Assembly: GCF_009914755.1 (NCBI RefSeq)
Contig: NC_060930.1
DNA length: 64,000 bases
Strand: one strand, 5' to 3'
Source: the human T2T-CHM13v2.0 reference genome, Homo sapiens
Numbering within the stretch: position 1 is the stretch's first letter; each line of letters begins with the position of its first letter. Below, piece after piece: positions 53,050-64,000 of this stretch. Made by a program: the position numbers and the translations under genes. The notes under the pieces are model-generated. The model did no database searches and was not told the origin of the DNA. It saw only the letters and a list, made by a program, of their open reading frames with translations.

Positions 53050-56000
53050 CACTTGGTTGATTCTATGCCTTTGCTATTGTGAATAGTGCTACAATGAATA
53101 TACACATGCATGTGTCTTTATGGTAGAATGACTTATATTCCTTTGGGTATATACCCAGGAAAGGGATTTCTGGGTCAAATGGTGGTCCTGTTTTAAGTTC
53201 TTTGAGAAATCTCCAAATTGCTTTCTTGGAAATGGCTGAACCAATTTACATACCCACCACCAATGTATAAGCATCCTCTTTTCTCTAAACCTCACCTGCA
53301 TCTGTTATTTTTTGACTTTTTATAATATCCATTCTTAATGGTGTGAGATGGTATTTCACTGTGGTTTTGATTGGTATTTCTCTAATGATTAGTGATGTTA
53401 AATATTTTTTCATATGCTTGTTGGCTGTCTGTTTATGTCCTTTGCCCATTTTAAGTGGGGTTGCATGTTTTTTGCTTGTTGATTTAAGTTCCTTATAGAT
53501 TCTAGATATTAAACTATTGTCAGATGCATAGTTTGCAAATATTTTCTTCAATTCTGTAGGGTGTTCATTTACTTTGTTGATAGTTTCTTTTACTGTGGAG
53601 AAGCTCTTTAGTTTAATTAATTCCCACTAGTCAATTTTTGATTTTGTTGCAATTGCTTTTGGAGCCTTCATCATAAAATATTTTCCAGGGCCTATGTCCA
53701 GAATGGTATCTCCTAGGTTTTCTTCTAGGGTGTTTTTTCAAATAGTTTTACATTTTCCACTTAAGTCTTTAATCCACTTCAGTTGCTTTACGTATATAGT
53801 GAAAGGAAGGGGTCCAGTTTCAATCTCCTATAGATGGCTGGCCAGTTATCCCAGTACCATTTATTGAACAGAAAGTCCTTTCCACATTGCTTGTTATTGT
53901 TGACTTTGTCGAAGATCAGATGGTTGTAGGTAGGTAGCTTTATTTCCATGTTCTGTAACCTGTTCCATTGGCCTGTGTGTCTGTTTTTGTATCAGTATCA
54001 TGCTGCTTCGGTCACTGTAGCCTTGTAGTATAGTCTGAAGTTGGCAAACATGATGCCTCCAGCTTTGTTCTTTTTGCATAGGATCGTCTTGGCTATTTGG
54101 GCTCTTTTTCCGTTCCATATGAATTTTATGACTTTTTTTCCAATTCTGTGTAAAACGACATTGGTATTGATAGGAATAGCATTACATCTCTAAATTGCTT
54201 TGGGCAGCATGGTCATTTTAACAATGTTGATTTTTCCTATTCATGAGCATGGAGTGTTTTTCCATTTATTTGTGTCATCTCTGATTTCTTTAAGCAATGT
54301 TTTGTAATCCTTGATGTAAAGTTCTGTCATCTCCTTGGTTAGCTATATACTTAGGTATTCTATTCTTTTGTGGCTACTGTGAATGGGATTGCATTTTTAA
54401 TTTGGATCTCAGCTTAGACGTTTTTGGCATGTGGAAATGCTACTGATTTTTGTACATTGGCTTTGTATCCTGAAAGTTTGATGAAGTTATCAGGTTTAAG
54501 AGCCATTGGGCTGAGGCTTTAGAGTTTACTATGTATAGACTCATATAGTCTACAAAGAGAGATAGTTTGACTTCCTCTATTCCTATTTGTATGCCTTTTA
54601 TTTATTTTTCTTGCCTGATTGCTCTGGCTAGGACTTCCAGAGTGATTTGGAATAGGAGTGGTGAGAGTAGGCATCCTTTTCATGTTCTGGTTCTCAAGGG
54701 GAATGCTTCCAACTTTTGCCCATTCAGTATAACGCTGGCTGTAGTTTTTCATAAATGGCTCTTATTATTTTGATGTATGTTCCTTAAATGCCTAGTTTGT
54801 TCAGTTTTTAATGTGAAGGTGTAACAGATTTTATCAAAAGCCTTTGTTTAGTATATTGAGATGATCATGTGGTTTTTGTTTTCAGTTCTGCTTATGTGAT
54901 GAATAATGTTTATTGATTTGCTTTTGTTGAACCAACCTTGCATCCCATGAATAATGCCTACTTTATTGTGGTAAATTAGCTTTTTGATGTGCTGCTGGAT
55001 TTGGTTTGTTAGTATTTTGTTGAGGATTTTAGCCTCTGTGTCCATCAAGTGCATTGTCCTGAAGGTTTTGTTTTGGGATTTTTTACATTGTGTCTCTACC
55101 AGGATTTGGTATCAGAATGATGCTGGCCTCATAGAATGAGATAGGGAGGAGTCCCTCCCCTCGATGTGTTGGAATCGTTTCAGTAGGATTGGTACCAGCT
55201 CTTTGTATGTCTGGTAGAATTCTGCAGTGAATCCATCTGGTCCAGAGTTTTTTCTGGTTGGTAGGTTTTTTTATTACTGATTCAATTTTGGAACATGTCA
55301 TCGGTCTTTTCAGGATTTCAGTTTCTTCCTGGTTCAAACTTGGTAGGTTGTATGTTTCCAGGAATTTATCCATTTCTTCTAGGATTTTTAGTTTGTTTGC
55401 ATAGAGCTGTTTGTAATAGTCTCTGAGGTTTTGTGGTTTTTTTTTGTATTTCTGCAGAGCCAGCGGTAGTGTGTTTTATTATTATTATTATTAATGTAGC
55501 TAACAGTCTAACAGTCTTATTTATTTTTTCTGAAAAAAGAACTTTTGGTTTTGTTGATCTCTTGTATGGTTTTTTGTGTTTCCATTTGTTTCAGCACATC
55601 TCTAACTTTGGTTATTTCTTCCCCCTTCTAGCTTTGTGGTTGGTTTGCTATTGTTTTTCTGGTTCCTCTTGTTGTGATGTTAGATTGCTAATGTGAGAAG
55701 CGTCTAACTTTTTGATGTGGGCATTTAGCAATATAAAATTCCCTTTTAACACTGCTTTAGCAGTGTCCCAGAGAGTCTTATATGTTGTACCTTTGTTTTC
55801 ATTAGTTTCAAAGAATTTCTTGGTTTCTGCCTTAATTTCATTGCTTACACAAAAGTCATTTCAGGAGCATGTTGTTTAATTTCCACTTCATTATATGACT
55901 TTTAGAGATCTTGGTTTTGAATACTCCTTATAACACTGTGGTCCAAGAGTGATTGGTATGATTTCAAAATTTTTTCAATTTGTTGAGAATTGCTTTGTTG

Positions 56001-59000
56001 TCAAAGACATGGTTGATTTTACCGTATGTGCCATGTGAAAATGGGGAGAATGTATTTTCTGTTTTTATTGGGAGAAGTGTTCTGTAGATGTCTGTCAGGT
56101 CCATTCGGTCATGTGTTGAGTTTAGATGCTGAATATCTTTTTAAATTTTCTGCTTTGATGATCTGTCTAATATTGTCATCGGGGTGTTAAGGTCTCCCAG
56201 TATTATTGTGTGGTTATCTAAGTCTCTTCATAGTTCTCTAGGAACTTGTTCAATGAATCTGGGTTCCCCAGTTTTGGATGCATATATATATTTAGGATAG
56301 TTAAGTCTTCTTTTTGAACTGAACCCTTTATCGTTATTTAATGTTTTTTGTCCCTTTCGATCGTTGTTGGCTTAAAGTCTGTTTTGTCTGAAATAAGAAT
56401 AGCAACTTTTGCTCTTTTCAGTTTTCTATTTGCTTGATAGATCTTTCTCCATCCCTTTACTTTGAGCATATGGTTGTCATTGCATGTGATATGGGTCTCC
56501 TGAAGATAGCATGAGACTATCTTGAGTCTTGCTTCTTTGTCCAACTTACCACTCTGTGCCTTTTAAGTGGGGTGTTTAGCCCATATACATTCAGGGTTAA
56601 CAATGTGTGGATTTGATTCTGTCATCAGGTTGTTAGTTGGTTGTTACGTAGACTTGTCTGTGTAGTTAATTTATAGTATCAATGGTAGACCTTATTGTGT
56701 AGTTTCTTTATAGTGTCAATTCCATAGTTGATTTATAGTGTCAATGTAGGTGATTTATAGTGTCAATATACTTCAGTGTCTTTTTGTGGTGGCCAGCAAC
56801 AGTCTTTCATTTCCATATTTAGCACTCCCTTAAGGACCTCTTTTAAAGGAGGTCTGGTGGTAATGAATTCCCTTAGCATATGCTTGTTTGCAAAGGATTT
56901 TATTTCTACTTCAGTTATGAAGCTTAGTTTGGCTGGATATGAAATTCTTCGTTGGAATTCCTTTACTTTAAGGATCTTGAATATAGGCCTCCAATTTCTT
57001 CTGGTTATAGGGTTTCTCCTGAAAGATCTGCTGTTAGACTGATGGGATTCCCTTTTGGCAGTGAATCTATCTGGGCCAGAGCCTTTTCTGGTTGGTAGAT
57101 TTTTTATTATTTAGGGGTAGGTGACCTGCCCCTTCTCTCTAGCTGCCTTTAATATTTCTTTCATTTGCATTAACCTTGGAGAATTTGGTGACTATATAAC
57201 TTGGGGATGGTCATCTTGTGTAGTATCTCTCAGGGGTTCTCTGAATTTCCTGAATTTGAATGTCAACCTCTCTATTGAGATCGGGGAAATTTTCATGGAC
57301 AATGTCCTCAAACTCTGAGATCATTTCTTTATCCTTGTCTATTCTGCTGTTAATATTACTAATTGTGTTATAAAATTCTTGTAGTGAATTTTTCAGCTCT
57401 ATCAGATGAGTTTGGTTTTTCCTTAAAATGGCTATTTCATTTTTCAGCTCTCGAATCATTTTACTGGATTCCTTAAATTTGTTGGATTGGTTTTCAACTT
57501 TGTCCTGAATCTCCGCAATCTATGTTACCATCCAGATGCTGAATTCTATGTCTGTCATTTCAGTCATTTGAGTCTGGTTGGGAACCATTGCTGGGGAGCT
57601 AGTATGGTCATTTGGAGGTAAGAAGACACTTTGGCTTTTATAATTGCTACAGTTCCTGTGCTGGTTCTTTCTCATCTGTGTGGGCTACTATTCCTTTAAT
57701 CATTGAAGTTGTTGTCATTGGGATGGGGCATTTTTCTTTTATATTCTTTGAAGCCCTTGAGGGTTTGAGCATAGTATAAGTTGAATTTAGTCAACTGGCT
57801 TCATTTCTGGATGATTTCAGGGGGACATGGCTAAGCTCAGCACTCCTGAGCTGTATGCTCTAACCCTGGGTGGCTGGGACCAGGCCTGTGATTTTGTTCT
57901 CTGGTTCCTTGAGGTTAAGCACCTTCTGCATTGGAGGGGCCAAGATATTCCCAGTCAGCTGGCAACAACACTCCAATGGGGGGTGGTTCACAGTAAAAGC
58001 ATTTCATTGTGGTGGTGTCACAGTGAGGTCTGCTCATAAATGTGCACTGGTGGTAAGTTGTCAGGGTCCACATGCACGTGCCCATGCTGCTGGTTGCAGG
58101 GTGGCAGGATCCATTCACACATGCACGCTGGCATGGACAGGCCAGTGGTGGGGTGATGGGGTCTGCATGTGTGCTCATGCAGTGCTGGCAGTAGGGTGGC
58201 AGTGTGGAAAGGTCCACTACACCCACATATACAAGCACATTGGTATGGCAGTCAAGGGAGGCTGCAGGTGAGTGCATGCAGGCCGAGTTGTGTTGCGGGG
58301 TTGTGGGCAGGCACATGCTGGTGGGGGCCCATCTGTAGAAGCTCTCTGATGGTTAGACAGGGTCTTTTGGTGAATGAGCTATGGAAGTGGTCACTAGGAA
58401 GCACCCCAGTTGAGCATCTGAGGCTGTGCTGCAAGCAGGTGAGGCCGGGCAGGGACTTTTGGAAAGACTGGTAGACAGGGAGGTGCTCAGATTAGATTGT
58501 TCCCATTCCATGGGTAACATAACCTTGTTCTGTTCAGGTTCAGCTGTCAACAAAGGCCAAAACCACCTAGAGGAGCATGGGAAGCCTTGAGGGCTGGGCT
58601 CCACTGCAGCCATTCCTGTGCCAAATTTTCTGCGCTCCTGACAGGCTGAAGTCCTGTCCTTGCTGCCTCTCTAAGAAGCTCTCCATGCCAGCTCAAATGT
58701 CTTTGGGCATCGTGAGGTCTCCTGCAGCTGGGATTCTGAAAGTTCATGGCAAGAGTGGACCACTCCATGCCTATTTATCTCACTGCTTCCCCCAGTAGCT
58801 GCTCAGGGCCAGAAACGAGTCCTGGTGTTCGGCAACCCTATGTAGGGTCCCCGGCTTCCACCTCCTTCAGTCCAGAATCTGTGTCCTCCCCCCATCTCCT
58901 CTCAGCGCCCTCCTTCTGAAGATCAAATAATATGCCTGTCTTCTTGATGGCCTGGTCTCTTGGGCAAACCTTTTCCTGATGCATCTAGTCAGCCATCTTG

Positions 59001-59001
59001 G
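53050..59001 (-). mobile_element. Long L1 (L1PA15/16- or L1PB-like) with 5' UTR, ORF1 and ORF2 relics but no 3' UTR or tail
   Basis: 5' terminus ccaagatggctgactagatgc on the minus strand at ~59001; ORF1 and ORF2 fragments in the ORF track; sequence stops near the ORF2 C-terminus at ~53050. Confidence 0.88.
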
Positions 59002-61390
59002 GAATTGTTTTTAAAAGGGATTAGTTTGAGCCTGTACATGTACTAGCCTTTGGGTTCTGCAGATCTATTTTTTTTTATGGATTTTGGTTAAAGTCTTTAT
59101 GGATACCATTTCATGTATTTGCATACTTCTTATAAATATTAGCTTTGCTGCTGAAAGGTGGCATATCCTGGGAAATGGCAAAAGCTTAAGATCTTAGTGG
59201 CCAGCATTACTTTGTTTGAGACCAGAGTAGCAGAAGCAGTCTGTGTCCCAGACTGCTCTCCTGGGTCGTTGTCTCTCATAAGGATTCAGGTGCCTTCAGG
59301 GAAACATAAGGCACTGCAGCCCAATCTGGCCTCTTTTACCTTTTCCTGGAGTTTTCCTCTCTTTCCCATCTGCCTCCTGCTTTGTTTTCTGTCCTCTACC
59401 TATGAAATCAAGCCATTCTCTGATGGTCTTAGTTTCTCTTCTTTCCCTTTTGATTGAAACAATTATTCTTTATTTAAGATTACTAAATTAACATCTCTGA
59501 ACCTTATCATGTGATTAAGCTCATGTTCAAGTGGACAAATATATCTGGATGTGCTCCTCTACTCCAAATTAGATCAGTCTAAATGGGAGTCATCCTTTTC
59601 TCTCCCAGCTGTATACACACTTCCCATGTTGCTCATTTTAGGGAATGTTACTTCTATCTTCCCTGTAATCTTAACTCCAGAGATCAGTCATCTATGACCT
59701 CTCCCTCTCTTTTGTGCATCACATTCACGTGGTTTCTTTGTTCTTTCAGTTGTTCACCTTGGCTCCACATTCATTTTCTTCCCTGCCGTCCTCTAGTTGA
59801 GGCCCTTTTAAACTCTAGGTAGAACCACTTGAGAAAACATTCTCATTCCCTTTTCTTTAGTCAAGGTTTTTCTTATCCAAATTACTTTATACGTAGTGCT
59901 GTCAGTAAGCTTTGTCATCTACCATTTTGCTGGTAGAATGGTCCTGCTCTTTTTAAAAAAAGAAGAATGAAAGAAGGGAGACAGGGAGAGAGGGAGAGAG
60001 AGAAAAAGAGAGAGAATGCTCTCAGCAATCAGCTCTGCAACCAGCTTCAGCCCCTACCTACTCTCTACATCAACTAAATGCTACCATACTATTTACCATT
60101 ATTCCACTTTTCTACTTCTAACCCTCTTCCCATTTCCTTTTCTATGTTTATAGTAACTTTTTACACTTACTTCCATCCATATCTATGAAGCCATAAAACC
60201 AACATTTACTTTCCAAGTTGAAAACAATTTTTCTCTCTCTTCCGTGCTAATAAAGTACTTTGTTTTAAACTTTGTTATAAGCCCCTTCATTTGTGCCTTT
60301 GCATTTTAGTTATTGCATTATTTATTCTCATTCATTTTAAGTTATTTGAGAATAGAAACTGAATCTTTGCATTTACTCAAGCACGATGTATTGAAAAAGA
60401 AATAAATGATGAACTTTTAAAGTTAAAAGGCCATTTAAATAATTTTTGTAAAACCAAGTGAATCAAACGTAACACAGCATGACTTTAACTATTTTAATTT
60501 AAAAAATATTTTAAGATTTTCAATTTGTTTTCCTACATGTTTGATTTTCTGAAGAGTAAAACTCAGAATGCCCTGACCCAAAATAATTCAATTGTGTAAT
60601 TCTATTCATATTCTGATTCCGTGAGGGTATTAGCTGACACTACTTAAGAAAGCATGCTGGCTGCACATTGCATGAGTAAATTTCCTCCCTCTGTGAATAA
60701 AATCATGTCCTTACACTGAACAGCATGCCTTAAGAAAATAATGGCAAAATTTCAGACTCTAATGTTATTGTAATTTTAACATCCCTGTAGTAAACTTACT
60801 TCCATGAAATAATCTAATTAAAGCAAATATATGAGTGCATCAGTATGTTTATATGTGCATATAAGCAAGATTCAGCGGTGTTTCTATTGCTTCAAAGTCT
60901 GTAGTGGCTTTATACCTTTGCACCAGCTAATGTTTTCCTTAAAGATTTTTACCTCTTGTGCATTCTTTATTGTATTAAATAAACTTTTCAATTGACTTCA
61001 GAGTTTCTAAGAAAATCATTTTGTCTTCTTTGCAAAGTATGAAATTAAGTGCTTTTAAGTTTTAAATAATTAATTTATTCATATTTTATTAATAGCAGGT
61101 TTATAAATAATATTTTAATAAAATTATAGACTAATTTTATTATGTATAAAGACAATTTTCACCTTTCGCAACTCCAGATTATGTAGGATATTTGATATGC
61201 CAAGAATAGATATATATATAAAAATATGTAGACAAAACAAACTTTATTGCATATGACTAGGTAATCAACAGTATAATAGAGTGTCGATTTAAATTTAACT
61301 GTGTATGAAAAGTTTAGTAACAGATATTACCGCTATCATGAAGTGATGTTTGTAATTTCCTGAAGTTCCCTTTTATCCCCAAACTTGTTT

Positions 61391-61464
61391 TCTCTCCCTC
61401 CCTCCCTCCCTCCCTCCCTTCCTCCCTTCCTTCCTCCCTTCCTTCCTTCCTTCCTTCCTTCCTT
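61391..61464. repeat. (CCCT)n(CCTT)n polypyrimidine microsatellite
   Basis: Visible directly in the sequence. Confidence 0.92.
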
Positions 61465-61467
61465 CAA

Positions 61468-61772
61468 CAGTTTTTTTGATATAACATTGATATACAATGC
61501 ATTGCACATATTTAAAGGATGCACTTTGATAAGTTCTGATGTGCATCTGTACACATGAAACCTTCACCACTATCAAAAAATAAACAGATCTATCATTTTA
61601 AAAAGTTTACTTCTGCCCTTAGTAATCCTTTCATCCTGTCCTTTCCTGTTATCAGTCCCCAGCAACCACCCTTCTGTTTTCTGTCACTTTATTAGTTTGT
61701 ATTTTCCAGAATTTTATATAAACGGAATCAAACCCATGTACACATTTTGTGTGGCTTCTTGTAATCATAATT
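61468..61772 (-). mobile_element. Old L1M 3' end
   Basis: gatataacattgatatacaat...ccagaattttatataaacggaatca. Confidence 0.65.
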
Positions 61773-61889
61773 ATTTATTTCATTTTATTTTTATTAATAC
61801 ATAACTGTACATATTTATAGGGTAATGTGATATTTTGATAAATGCATACAATGTGTAATAATCAAGTCAAGGTAATTAGGATATCCATC

Positions 61890-62617
<728 letters not shown>

Positions 62618-64000
62618 CCAACACCTCAAACATTTATTGTATCTTTGTGTTGAGAACACTCCAAATTTTCTCTTTCTGCTATTTTGATATATACAATAAA
62701 TTATTGTTAAATATAGTCACTCTACTGTGCTATCAAACACTAAAACTTACTCCTTCTATCTAACTGTGTTTTTGTACCCATTAACTAATATCTCTTTGCT
62801 CTCCTTAATTCTTAACCTTCCCAGCCTTTGGTAACCATCATTCTACTCTCTACCTTCATCAGATCAACTTTTTTAGCTCCCACCTATAAGTGAGAACATG
62901 GAATATTTATCTTTCTGTGCGTGACTTGTTTCACTTTATATAATGTCCTCCAGTTTCATCCTTGTTGCTGCAGATTACAGGATTTCATTTTTATGGCTAA
63001 ATAGGACATTTTCTTTATCCATTCATCTGTTGATGGACATGTAAGTTGATTCCATATCTTGGCTACTGTGAATAGTGCTGTAATAAATATGGAAGTGCAT
63101 ATATCTTTTTGATATACTGACTTCATTTCCTTTGGATATATATCCATTAGTGAGATTGCTATATCATATGGTAGCTCTATTTTTGTTTATTTGAGGAAAC
63201 TCCTTACTGTTTTTCATAGTAGCTGTACTAGTTTACATTCCCACCAGCAGTGTACTAGCATTCCTCTTTCTCAGCATTATTGCCAGCATTTGTTATTTTT
63301 TGTCTTTTTGATAACAGTCATTTTTAACTGAGGGTGTAATGGTGTCTTCTTGTGGTTTTGATTTGCATATCCCTGATGATTAATGATGTTGAATATTTTG
63401 TATATGCCTGTTGGCCATTTGTATGTCTTCTTTTGAAAAATGTCTATTGAGATAATTTGCCTATTTTTTAATTGTATTATTTGGGTTTTTTTTTTTTTGC
63501 TATTGAGTTGTTTAAGTTTTCTATATATTCTAGTTATTAATGGATACTAAAGTAGATGGTTTGTGAATATTTTTGCCCCTTCTGTAGGTTGTCTGTTTAC
63601 TCTGTTAATGTTTTCTTGTACTGTGCAGCAGCTTTTTATCTTGATATAATCCCATTTGTCTATTTTTGTTTGTGCTGCCTGTGCTTTGGAAGTCTTATTT
63701 TAAAAATATATATATTTGCTCAAACCAATGACCTTAAGCATTTTCCCAGTGTTTTTTCTAGTAGTTTTGTAGTTTCAATTCTTACATTTAAATGTTTAAT
63801 CCGTTTTGACTTGATCTTTGCATATGGTGAAAGGTGGGGGTCTAGTTTCATTTTTATGCATGTGAATATCCAATTTCCCCAGTACCATTTATTAAAAAGA
63901 CTGTTCTTTCCCTCAATGTATGTTTTTGGTGCCTTTGTCAAAAATGAGTTGGCTGTAAATGTGTGGAATTATTTCTGGGTCCTCTATTCTGCTTCATTGG

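Noticed and set aside
57827-58798. Cluster of 60-133 aa ORFs on both strands
   Set aside because: Stop-poor L1 5' UTR sequence, not exons.

Overview
Primate, almost certainly human, genomic DNA. It runs from the 3' end of RAB32 (last coding exon 1678-1827, AATAAA at 2158) through about 44 kb of repeat-dense intergenic sequence to the CpG-rich promoter and exon 1 of androglobin (ADGB; ATG 46263, donor after 46336), then the first ~17.7 kb of ADGB intron 1. Gene identity rests on recognising the translated peptides; from memory this pair lies at human 6q24.3. Most of the window is L1, Alu, MaLR/ERV LTR, L2, MIR and DNA-transposon relics, and most long ORFs in the supplied track are L1, Alu or simple-repeat artefacts. 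I do not see a convincingly new biological system. The best leads are: (1) a sense-oriented beta-actin 3'UTR retrocopy with intact AATAAA in ADGB intron 1, preceded by a plausible splice acceptor that would make a cryptic last exon; (2) four 5'-inverted (twin-primed) L1PA insertions within 20 kb, one with a multi-kb internal deletion plus filler and one with a short 3' transduction; (3) an RFX X-box and GC boxes at the ADGB promoter; (4) small templated-insertion and duplication scars. Repeat subfamily names were assigned from memory of consensus sequences, not from a database search. Repeat boundaries are approximate unless target-site duplications (TSDs) are quoted.
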